Shown: one piece after another, positions 9,949 through 18,270 of the stretch | How positions within the stretch are numbered: the first letter of the stretch is position 1 | Layout of the letters: each line of letters starts with the position of its first letter | Origin: a virus | Lineage: Duplodnaviria > Caudoviricetes | Length of the DNA: 31,089 bases | Direction: 5' to 3' (one strand) | Virus record (IMG/VR): IMGVR_UViG_3300044724_005098 | Span: 1-31,089 of that record | The notes under the pieces: generated by a model | Database searches by the model: none | Told to the model about the DNA's origin: nothing | Seen by the model: only the letters and a program-made list of their open reading frames with translations | Made by a program: the position numbers and the translations under genes

Positions 9949-12387
9949 TCATGATGGTGGTGTTAGTAGTTGTAATCCGTCACGGAGCGAGAACTCTATC
10001 ATATTTTCTACTTTTTGATGTCGACCGAACCACTCATTATATGTACCTGCTTGTTCTTGTAGTGTGAGATGATATCTGCTCAACTTGTTCGTGTTTTCCC
10101 AATCAACCTGTCCGGAAGATTGATCAAATGATGATAACGGATATGTTGTGTTGTCAACATAATGATAAAAATCATAGTAGTTGTAAAAATCGTTATCCAC
10201 CGGGAATGTCAATCCCCAATTCCAACTCGTGTCATATGACATCAACGGGTACCGACTCAATCCCATGATGTTGTACGTGCTCACGAAAAAAGGATTGTTA
10301 ATGTCTGGAGATGGTATGTGAGATGGTATTATTTTTGTGTAGTTGTTACCGTAAATCTCCTTGGCTATTATTGGCACACCAGCGGACACTGTGTATGTTT
10401 CTATATCTATCATACTACCGAGATTTCTTCCAAATGATATATTACCATCATCCCCGTAAATGGCTTGTGTATCAAAATCATCATCATACAGATCACGTGT
10501 ACCTATAACTCTCTTGATACCTACAGACATTGTGTCAACAATACGCTTCAAGCCACCTGGGTATGAGTAATTGTAATTTTCTATTTCGTATTGAACGGAA
10601 TCCGCCAGACTGTAAAGTGATTGCACGCTACATGTGTCAATATCAACCGTGTTATTAACAAAATTTGAAATCTTTTCATATATAATCTTACCCAAAGCCG
10701 AGGGTAAATCTTGGAATTCACCGAATATACTGTTTATCATCAACCGGAGACGTGAGTGTTGGTTTATATTCTCCTGTAAAATGTAACTATTCATTATCGC
10801 ACCATAATCTATGTATTCACCGTTTTTAAAAAATGTGTATTTACCAGAGCTCGGGTTAATTGTAAACACGTCACTCTCTCCTGTGATTAGACCGTATGTT
10901 GATGTTTTAACATAGCCGATTATTTTAATTTTATTGAGAGGTACGTTTGATTGTATGTATAATCCGATCGAGCTATACGTGTTTATATTTGCTAATGAGT
11001 CATTGTACCCTATGGTAATATCTCCATTTTGATAGTCAGTGTCAGATGATACACCCAGATAGTATGTATCATTTGATGCTGTACCGGCATCAAATGGTTC
11101 ATTTTTAGATAGAAAAACAGCGTTGTTTATTGAGTATCCATCTGTATTCTTCAAAACATCCGGGGTGATTTCATCGACTTCTTTAATTATAGAATCTGTA
11201 GCAGTAGCAAAACTCATCACGAATGGTATTCTTGTCCCTTGAAATTTATTTGGTGTGATGATAAAGTCATTACCGGATATACCGTTGCACGTGAATAATA
11301 ATTTTGTAGGCGTGGGTGTTGTCACATCAACTAACAATTTATCGTATGTTGCTTGGTATAACTGAGGTGTTTCAATTTTATCATTTGCGGAATTGAATGT
11401 TTTGGTATCAATTATATCACTATATAAATCCGGCCAATTTTCCGTATCTAAATGAGCTAACATACGATAACCGACCTTGTTACCATCCGGGCCAATCGTT
11501 GACGGGGAATCATCTACATAATAGATAGTTGACGTGCCGCTGGTTCCTACAAATTCCGATCCAGGAACTAAACCACTACAAAACTCGTAATTACCATCAA
11601 CCGGAGATTTTCGAACATATAATCTTGTTGTGTCGGTATACAGGTGATCAATCGGAGTCAATCCAGCTGAATCACTTGTGTATCTCCATGTTTTTTGAAA
11701 CTGAGCATATTTGTTATCGTCATAGCTCGTTGTTTTTAGCGGAGCTGTCTCGGTTCCTTCTCCTATAATATCACCAGCATCATTGTATATGTATCTAACA
11801 CCAGCTCGATCAGAATACAATGTGACTTTATTAGGTGTGTCGGTGTCACTGTATAATTGCCACGTGTGGGATGTGGTTATTTTTAAAGGCATGCTCACAT
11901 CTCCCGCAGTCAGATGTGCGAGTGTGTATGTATCCGGCGTCACACCCGCGTTTATCATTTCTTGTGTTAGCTCCTCTTGTAATATCTCATAATCACCACC
12001 CGACGGAGATATAGATATATTAGTGCCTAAGAAATTTTTGATGGTTACAATCAATGGGTTTGGTATACCATTGTTATTACCACGAGACACAACACCTCCA
12101 TCACTTTTAGCTACGTACACCTGTATCTCATCAAGACCAGGTCGATTATACACCATCTTAAACTCTGGACCTGTTTGAGTCTGACCAGCTCCGTACGACC
12201 ATCTTATAGTATGCTGTGATAAGTACAAATCTTGAACTGTAGCGTCATTTAAGTCAACCTTCAGCTCCACAGGATTTGATTCAAGCGTGTAAAATGTTGG
12301 TAAAAATTCCCCATTCTCACCCGTGTCTTCCCACTCACCTTGCGTGTTTTTATATAATAGTTTTAACTGCCTGTATGAACTTGACAT
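9949..12387 (-). CDS. Putative baseplate wedge protein (gp7-like), 812 aa
   Basis: Directly follows gp6. DIDTCSVQSLYSLA...YPGGLKR resembles the P2 gpI/gp7-type wedge motif. N-terminal IRWSYGAG...YNRPG is PKD-like. Confidence 0.5.
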   Translation of the reverse strand: MSSSYRQLKLLYKNTQGEWEDTGENGEFLPTFYTLESNPVELKVDLNDATVQDLYLSQHTIRWSYGAGQTQTGPEFKMVYNRPGLDEIQVYVAKSDGGVVSRGNNNGIPNPLIVTIKNFLGTNISISPSGGDYEILQEELTQEMINAGVTPDTYTLAHLTAGDVSMPLKITTSHTWQLYSDTDTPNKVTLYSDRAGVRYIYNDAGDIIGEGTETAPLKTTSYDDNKYAQFQKTWRYTSDSAGLTPIDHLYTDTTRLYVRKSPVDGNYEFCSGLVPGSEFVGTSGTSTIYYVDDSPSTIGPDGNKVGYRMLAHLDTENWPDLYSDIIDTKTFNSANDKIETPQLYQATYDKLLVDVTTPTPTKLLFTCNGISGNDFIITPNKFQGTRIPFVMSFATATDSIIKEVDEITPDVLKNTDGYSINNAVFLSKNEPFDAGTASNDTYYLGVSSDTDYQNGDITIGYNDSLANINTYSSIGLYIQSNVPLNKIKIIGYVKTSTYGLITGESDVFTINPSSGKYTFFKNGEYIDYGAIMNSYILQENINQHSRLRLMINSIFGEFQDLPSALGKIIYEKISNFVNNTVDIDTCSVQSLYSLADSVQYEIENYNYSYPGGLKRIVDTMSVGIKRVIGTRDLYDDDFDTQAIYGDDGNISFGRNLGSMIDIETYTVSAGVPIIAKEIYGNNYTKIIPSHIPSPDINNPFFVSTYNIMGLSRYPLMSYDTSWNWGLTFPVDNDFYNYYDFYHYVDNTTYPLSSFDQSSGQVDWENTNKLSRYHLTLQEQAGTYNEWFGRHQKVENMIEFSLRDGLQLLTPPS

Positions 12388-12389
12388 TG

Positions 12390-14216
12390 TTAGTGTGAAT
12401 GACTAGTGCTAGTGGTGTAATCGGTTGACGTTATAACATTAATTTTTGAACTCAGTGTTGATTGATCATAGAGATATGGAAATTTATAATACGGGTATTG
12501 AGTGTTTTGTGACACTATACTTATATCCTTTGTTGGATACGCAGGATTCCAGCTCAAAAACGTAATACCCTGTATCTGCAAATTATCCGCACCTTCTCGT
12601 GTCATATACACATCAACTACATCTTGTATTGTTGATATTTGAGCAATCATCGATGATAAATCCAGTAAATACCCTAATTCGCTTGATGTTCCGAAAAAAC
12701 TGGTTATTATCTGAACAGCCTCGTCTCGAATTGCGTCACTATCACGCTGACTGTCACGTTTCTTCACGATGTTGAGGCGTGTGTTGTTCCTCATCTCCAC
12801 AGTGAGAGGTTCCGATGGAAAGGCTGCTCCTAAATCAATTGCCATGTAAACCGGGTCAATTATAACTGGCTCGCTAGTTATAGGTTTGATTCGATTGACA
12901 CTGTTAAGTATCAAGTTACGTTGAGCCGGTGTAAGGTAATTAACCAAAGGAGAAGCTGATGTTATTTTTTCAAATCTAGGAACACCATAAATGTATATAT
13001 TATTGAACGTTGTAGAGCTCGCAAAATTGACTTGATTGTATAATATACGCGACTCTAGATTGGGTTTTTGTAAACCTAATGTGTTGACAGCATATGTCAA
13101 ATGACCGTCAATATACTCGCTATTCGAAACAACTTTTGCACCTAGTATTAAATTGCTAAAATTTTTATTTATATAATTTTCAAAATCCGCGCTAGTTATT
13201 AATCTGTTCTGACTGGAAAAGAACTGCGGAGCTAGCTGCCTGATACTATCAACTGATTCTTCTTCTCCTGGTTTGGTTGACGGATTTTGATTTGTCAATG
13301 TCAATAACTGCAAATCCCTGACTGATATATAGATAGTGTTTACAGATTTAACACCCTCGCGTATTTCTAAAAATCTCGACGTTGTTAGTGCAGTCAAGCT
13401 ACCATTCAACGCATTTGCACCTATCACACCATCATCTCCGTCGCTTTTTAAATAATATATGGCCACTTGATCACCTTCTTGTAGTTTTTCACCATAAATT
13501 GAGTTGCCAAACTTAATCTCATATCGTTTATTTTCGTTCAGTCGCCTTTCGAATGCTTTAGTCGTAGGTGTTGTGTTTAAGAGACTTGTGACTTGTGTGT
13601 ATTCACTCCATGTATCTTGTCTCTTGACAAATACATATATATTAAACGTGTCAATCTTTATATCCTCACTAACCGATAACACGAATGTCTCGAAATCTTC
13701 TCCAATTGCGGTCTGTACAGGGTATTCTTGAAATGATCCTTGGTATAATAAGTGATTTTGACCGATTGATTGTATTTGCTCTTCTACTGCAGTATTTTTA
13801 GTAAATGTAACGTCTTTATTGATGGAATATTTTATACCACCAACATCAACTAAACTGAACCGCGGTATTGTGTATATGCCGGGATCCATTGTGCCTTTGG
13901 CCTCAAATGTCAAAACACATGAGCGGTAGCCTGTAGGGTTGTAATTGAGTAATTTGACTATTCGATTTATATTCTCATACAACTGAGCTTCGGTAAATAT
14001 ACTTTCACTAGAAGTTCTATTCAAATAAAATAATAGTGTGTGGTAGCTATATGCAATAATATCAATTATTGATGATAGGTTACTCCCCTCAAAAACATGG
14101 TCGCTGAATATATTTTTTTCCGCTAATCGACGTTTAATCAGACTTTTAAGAGACACAGCATCAAACGCTGCGTAACTATCTGATGATAATGAAAATTCTG
14201 TAAATTGTTCGCTCAT
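12390..14216 (-). CDS. gp6: Baseplate wedge subunit (T4 gp6-like)
   Basis: Recognisable gp6 motifs: FSDHVFEGSNLSSIIDIIAY, YEIKFGNSIYG, EESVDSIRQLAPQFFSSQNRLITSADFE. Follows gp25. Confidence 0.9.
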   Translation of the reverse strand: MSEQFTEFSLSSDSYAAFDAVSLKSLIKRRLAEKNIFSDHVFEGSNLSSIIDIIAYSYHTLLFYLNRTSSESIFTEAQLYENINRIVKLLNYNPTGYRSCVLTFEAKGTMDPGIYTIPRFSLVDVGGIKYSINKDVTFTKNTAVEEQIQSIGQNHLLYQGSFQEYPVQTAIGEDFETFVLSVSEDIKIDTFNIYVFVKRQDTWSEYTQVTSLLNTTPTTKAFERRLNENKRYEIKFGNSIYGEKLQEGDQVAIYYLKSDGDDGVIGANALNGSLTALTTSRFLEIREGVKSVNTIYISVRDLQLLTLTNQNPSTKPGEEESVDSIRQLAPQFFSSQNRLITSADFENYINKNFSNLILGAKVVSNSEYIDGHLTYAVNTLGLQKPNLESRILYNQVNFASSTTFNNIYIYGVPRFEKITSASPLVNYLTPAQRNLILNSVNRIKPITSEPVIIDPVYMAIDLGAAFPSEPLTVEMRNNTRLNIVKKRDSQRDSDAIRDEAVQIITSFFGTSSELGYLLDLSSMIAQISTIQDVVDVYMTREGADNLQIQGITFLSWNPAYPTKDISIVSQNTQYPYYKFPYLYDQSTLSSKINVITSTDYTTSTSHSH

Positions 14217-14222
14217 TTTTTA

Positions 14223-14696
14223 TTAAAGTTCAAATCCGGATTGTGATAGTATACCTGTAAATACAACAGATGGGTTTGAAAGTGTAGGTATTCTCAAGGT
14301 CATGTCTATTTTATACTCCGCTAGATCTTCATTGACCGTTACATTTACATTCACAACAGACACGCGGTTTTCATATTTCTCAATGCCTTCGACAATACGA
14401 CTACCAATCATTCTAGCCATGGTGGTACTTGCTGGTGCAAAAAGAAACTGCGCTAAATTCAGACCATAATCCGGATTGAGAAGTTTCTGACCTGGCATGG
14501 TTGTGAACAAATTTTTAAGAGAGTTTTTAATCGCGGCTTCATCGTAGTCATGTTCAATATCTACAGATGTCGGTTCTCGGTACAATCCTTTACCTGTTAA
14601 TATGTTATTTTCTTTGAGATCAAGATGCAAATCAGTGTATGTGTATGACTCCGCGGTTCTTGTTTTTGAGAAGCTATCTAGTGTGATTGTAGGCAT
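14223..14696 (-). CDS. gp25: Baseplate wedge/sheath initiator (T4 gp25-like, GPW_gp25 family)
   Basis: AIKNSLKNLFTTMPGQKLLNPDYG...IEKYENRV is the gp25 family signature. Adjacent to gp6. Confidence 0.9.
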   Translation of the reverse strand: MPTITLDSFSKTRTAESYTYTDLHLDLKENNILTGKGLYREPTSVDIEHDYDEAAIKNSLKNLFTTMPGQKLLNPDYGLNLAQFLFAPASTTMARMIGSRIVEGIEKYENRVSVVNVNVTVNEDLAEYKIDMTLRIPTLSNPSVVFTGILSQSGFEL

Positions 14697-14702
14697 TATA
14701 AG

Positions 14703-14708
14703 TATTTA
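14703..14708 (-). promoter_or_regulatory. Late promoter box TAAATA for the gp25-gp6 operon
   Basis: Minus strand reads CATAAATA-CTTATA-ATG, 6 nt to the start. Confidence 0.7.
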
Positions 14709-14755
14709 TGCTTGAACATTGTATTTAAAATGTTGGTAAATTACATTAAAAATAA

Positions 14756-14761
14756 TAAGTA
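14756..14761 (+). promoter_or_regulatory. Late promoter box variant TAAGTA
   Basis: Plus strand reads ATAAGTA-TTTACAA-ATG(14769), 7 nt to the start. Confidence 0.6.
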
Positions 14762-14768
14762 TTTACAA

Positions 14769-15329
14769 ATGTACCAGGACAAATTTACAAAAATATTCGA
14801 AAGCAACTTTCAACGATTTCAAGCCGGTGGCGTGCTAGCAGGAGATGTTGTTAAATTTATTGACAATGTGCTCGAACATGAGTGGTTGAAAAATCAGACT
14901 AACACCATTAAAGACAAGATACAAGAAATTTTAGATACAGATTTGAACATACGTATCGCCTCTGTTTTCGCCAAGCGACCAGCGGCAGGAGGTGGGGTGC
15001 AGCAAGATCAGCAAGTGGATGATTATTATTGCGATATAGCGCTCGAAAGAGCACCGGGATTGTTTACAGATCTAATGACTGTACCAATCAACATGATTGC
15101 GGTAGTTGATACGGAAGGAAATCTTGCACCAATTCCTGATAGTTTTAGAGCCGATGATCGCTCACACATCGAACCTGTAGAATTTGTACCGGAAGTTGGT
15201 CAAGATGAGACCAATGCTGGTTTTGGTACAAAAATTGATCAAGGAGACAAATCATTAACAACAACTGACACGCCCGGTGTACCAGCAGATAGTGTTGATA
15301 ACATAACTACTGCGGTTTACATGCGTTAA
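14769..15329 (+). CDS. Hypothetical late protein, 186 aa (possible head-internal/virion protein)
   Basis: The ORF track starts it at TTG 14712. The in-frame ATG at 14769 is preferred because it sits 7 nt after a TAAGTA box like the other late genes. Acidic C-terminus; no family recognised. Confidence 0.7.
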   Translation: MYQDKFTKIFESNFQRFQAGGVLAGDVVKFIDNVLEHEWLKNQTNTIKDKIQEILDTDLNIRIASVFAKRPAAGGGVQQDQQVDDYYCDIALERAPGLFTDLMTVPINMIAVVDTEGNLAPIPDSFRADDRSHIEPVEFVPEVGQDETNAGFGTKIDQGDKSLTTTDTPGVPADSVDNITTAVYMR

Positions 15330-16246
15330 TTTAACGCGAGCAAACAACTATAACAGTTTATCTCTTGATCAGCAACAAATGCTGACCTATAAATGTGTTC
15401 GGCAATTACTAATAATTGTTTTCTTTTGACATCCGCTGGTATATCAACATGATGCACATGATCAAATAAAGATTTTAATAATTCCGGGTAATCGCTGTTA
15501 AACTTTGTTTCATTCTCAATGATATGTTTGCGAAGTTTTAATGTTTTTCCGGTTTTTACAACCTGATATACACCTTCAACAAAATTATCGATATTCTGCG
15601 TGGTGTTATGTGACCATTTACCAGCAGTCACTCTCAATTGTATCTCGTTGATCGCTTTTCTCAAATCCGGATAGGATTGCTTACAGCAAATCTTTACATC
15701 TACCTTGTCTACATCTGACAAAGTTACACTCTCGTTGCTTAAGACATATAAACACCGATCAATGTACATATCCAGTGGTGGTACGAGGTCTAACAACTGA
15801 CATCTGCTTTGCAATGCTTGAATCACCTTGTGTTTATAATTTGCTGTTAATATGAAGCGTGTAAACTCACAGTATTCTTCCATAGTGTTACGCAAACATC
15901 TCTGTGCATCTAACGTGAGCCCGTCTACTTCATCTAGCACTATCACTTTCACACTACCATCGTAACTTTTTGTCTTGCTAAAACTTGTAACTTTGCTCCT
16001 AATTGTTTCTATACCATTTTCATCACTAGCATTTATATATAGATATTGACATTTTAAAATATCATTTATGATAATTTTAGCTAGAGATGTCTTTCCAATG
16101 CCGGCGTTTCCGATGAATAACAACTGTGGTATATCTTGTGTTGATATAAATTTATCAACAATTCTCCGATTTTCAGGAGATAATACTATATCATCAACTG
16201 TCTTGGGCCTGTATTTCTCGACCCATAAGTTTTCGAATGGCTTCAC
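15326..16246 (-). CDS. gp44: Sliding-clamp loader AAA+ ATPase subunit (T4 gp44 / RFC small subunit family)
   Basis: LWVEKYRP, Walker A GNAGIGKT, NASDENGI, Walker B VIVLDEVD, and LQSRC arginine finger. The GTG start overlaps the dUTPase TGA (GTGA). Confidence 0.93.
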   Translation of the reverse strand: MKPFENLWVEKYRPKTVDDIVLSPENRRIVDKFISTQDIPQLLFIGNAGIGKTSLAKIIINDILKCQYLYINASDENGIETIRSKVTSFSKTKSYDGSVKVIVLDEVDGLTLDAQRCLRNTMEEYCEFTRFILTANYKHKVIQALQSRCQLLDLVPPLDMYIDRCLYVLSNESVTLSDVDKVDVKICCKQSYPDLRKAINEIQLRVTAGKWSHNTTQNIDNFVEGVYQVVKTGKTLKLRKHIIENETKFNSDYPELLKSLFDHVHHVDIPADVKRKQLLVIAEHIYRSAFVADQEINCYSCLLALN

Positions 16247-16833
16247 TTGATCGACCGCCGGAGTTGATCGAATACAACGGAAGGCATTTTAGTTTGTTTA
16301 GCAAATTCACGCAACTCCTCAATATTTTTAAAATTCAAATCAGCAGGTTTTGGAGGTATTGTCATATGCTCAGACGTAGCGACAGCATCCGAACTACCGA
16401 ATCCATTGTCACCTCTATCGGTTTGCGTCACTTGATCTGCAAACGAGATCTCTGGTTGGATTAAGGGGTAAAACACAAGCTGAGCAATTTTAGCACCTTT
16501 TTTTACTGAATAATCACCCTCTCCAAAATTATATAGTTTAACCGCTAGATCTCCCCTGTATCCATTATCAATCACACCTAAATGCGGTTGTATATTATGC
16601 TTGAAACCTAAACCGCTTCGTGGTTCAATTCTTATCCAGTAGCCAGGTGTCATGTCGGCAAGTGTCAATCCAACTGGTACTGTAGCTGAACTATAAGACT
16701 GAATATTTACATCCTCAACCGCGTATAAATCATATCCAGAATCACCAGTCAAAGAAGTCTTGTTGTTTGCAGTTGGTAGCACTGCATCTTCGTGTGTTTT
16801 TAAAAATTTTGCATGCATATCATTATTATCCAT
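16243..16833 (-). CDS. dut: Trimeric dUTPase with a ~47-aa C-terminal extension
   Basis: All five motifs are present: SGYDL, RSGLG, GVIDNGYRG, IAQL, RGDNGFGSS. Confidence 0.95.
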   Translation of the reverse strand: MDNNDMHAKFLKTHEDAVLPTANNKTSLTGDSGYDLYAVEDVNIQSYSSATVPVGLTLADMTPGYWIRIEPRSGLGFKHNIQPHLGVIDNGYRGDLAVKLYNFGEGDYSVKKGAKIAQLVFYPLIQPEISFADQVTQTDRGDNGFGSSDAVATSEHMTIPPKPADLNFKNIEELREFAKQTKMPSVVFDQLRRSIK

Positions 16834-16975
16834 TCAGGATCACTTGATCTCCACTGATTTGTGTGTTCCCTGACTCTAAATTTACAGAATTTTCACGCAA
16901 CCACTTGAGCAATTCATTTAATTTAGCGGAGGGGATGGTGAAAGTGCCATGACCTTGTATTGTTATTGTTACCAT
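16826..16975 (-). CDS. Small hypothetical protein, 49 aa (MVTITIQGHGTFTIPSAKLNELLKWLRENSVNLESGNTQISGDQVILNG)
   Basis: Manually translated; not in the ORF track. The ATG is 6 nt after a TATAAT -10 box, and the 3' end overlaps the dUTPase start by 8 nt, filling the gap exactly. Confidence 0.75.
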   Translation of the reverse strand: MVTITIQGHGTFTIPSAKLNELLKWLRENSVNLESGNTQISGDQVILNG

Positions 16976-16981
16976 AATATT

Positions 16982-17010
16982 ATTATAGTATAATACTGTA
17001 TTGAAATCAA
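16982..17010 (-). promoter_or_regulatory. Sigma70-type early/middle promoter TTGATT-N17-TATAAT
   Basis: Minus strand reads TTGATT TCAATACAGTATTATAC TATAAT AATATT ATG. Canonical 17-nt spacer, upstream of the replication/nucleotide genes. Confidence 0.8.
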
Positions 17011-17011
17011 A

Positions 17012-17017
17012 TAAATA
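17012..17017 (+). promoter_or_regulatory. Late promoter box TAAATA
   Basis: Plus strand reads AATAAATA-ATTAAT-ATG(17024), 6 nt to the start. Confidence 0.7.
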
Positions 17018-17023
17018 ATTAAT

Positions 17024-17485
17024 ATGAGCGATGAAGATGATATTTTAGATGATTTACTTGGTCAATTGAAAGACAATAATGCTTTTAACAACCAGGCTTT
17101 AAAAAGTAACAAACAATTTAAATTACCAAAGGAACAACTAGAAGAGTTTATCTTAAATACCTCGGGAAGACTAGTTCAAGACAGTTTAGACATGATTGAA
17201 ATAGTGAAAGAACGTGTAGCTGGTGCAGCTGAGCCAGATGATGTTGCGAGTCTGTCCGAATTATTCAAAGCTAGTACAAACACAGTTGAAGCTCTCAACA
17301 AAATATTGATACAAGACAAGCGGACACTCACAACATTAACCGCCAAACAAATGGATATAGATTCACGTCAGCAAATAGCTGAGAAAGCAGCTGACACGGC
17401 AAAAATTATTGCTAGTAGAGAAGAAATAGTTAACAAACTTTTCAAAAAAGCGGACGTGATCGATGTGCAACCAGAAGAAGATTAA
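17024..17485 (+). CDS. Probable terminase small subunit (T4 gp16-like)
   Basis: 153-aa helical protein. The pattern LVQDSLDMIEIVKE...AEPDDVASLSELFKASTNTVEALNKI...IIASREEIVNKL parallels the gp16 helix-helix core and C-terminal (F)VGST.EL element. It has a late box. Confidence 0.55.
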   Translation: MSDEDDILDDLLGQLKDNNAFNNQALKSNKQFKLPKEQLEEFILNTSGRLVQDSLDMIEIVKERVAGAAEPDDVASLSELFKASTNTVEALNKILIQDKRTLTTLTAKQMDIDSRQQIAEKAADTAKIIASREEIVNKLFKKADVIDVQPEED

Positions 17486-18270
17486 TTAACCGGTAAATTC
17501 TGACCATCTAACCTGCCAATATCTATAGAATTGTCCCGGTTTGATATCAAATTACCGTTTATATCAACATGTCGGTAGCTATATTCTGTTGCGAATTGTC
17601 CGCGCCACTTGATAAACTCCACATGATCTACATTATCTTGAATAAATTTTAACACTCTATACAAATCACCAATTTTGCTCGCGATCAAAGCCTCAAGATC
17701 AGAAATTATAGCAGCCATTCGTGTGTAGTGTGCAGAATCTGTTATTAGATTTTTTCCATGAGAGTCGGTGCTCAATTTATCTGGTATTAAATCGTCATCC
17801 TTTATACTCAGCATGTTAAATTTAAATATGTTTGATGTTTTAACACTCAATTCATGATGTAGTTCTTTGCTATGCCGAGTTTGTATAAAATCAAGCACCC
17901 GATTATATGTGTATCCAGATATATTATTAGCTATATCAGATACTGGTATGACTGAATTATCTTTTATAAACTCAATACCTAATAAACATGCGATTGAGTC
18001 ACTAAAGTCCTTAAAATAATCAGGCTTCGGGTTCGTTTGTTGTATTCTTTCTTTTATCCTCGGATGCAGGTAGTGATACTGATCTAACCAATACAATATA
18101 TACCAAGGACCATCTGTTGTTACAGGGTCCACATCTTTAATAACTGATTTTTCAGGTATTACACGATTGCTGAGATCGGTAAGCACGTGTGTGTCAAGCC
18201 ATTCTTGAGTCTCTTTCAGTTGACCGGTGGCGTCGTCTGCTTTTACTGTTCTAGTTTGTAGCTGTTTCAT
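17482..18270 (-). CDS. Hypothetical protein, 262 aa, last gene of the hub operon
   Basis: ORF overlaps the upstream gene by 20 nt. No recognised motif. Confidence 0.7.
   Translation of the reverse strand: MKQLQTRTVKADDATGQLKETQEWLDTHVLTDLSNRVIPEKSVIKDVDPVTTDGPWYILYWLDQYHYLHPRIKERIQQTNPKPDYFKDFSDSIACLLGIEFIKDNSVIPVSDIANNISGYTYNRVLDFIQTRHSKELHHELSVKTSNIFKFNMLSIKDDDLIPDKLSTDSHGKNLITDSAHYTRMAAIISDLEALIASKIGDLYRVLKFIQDNVDHVEFIKWRGQFATEYSYRHVDINGNLISNRDNSIDIGRLDGQNLPVN

Noticed and set aside
14715-14747. Possible plus-strand sigma70 promoter TTGTAT-N17-TACATT and a small AACATT/AATGTT inverted repeat
   Set aside because: Weak matches in very AT-rich DNA. The late boxes explain both flanking genes better.
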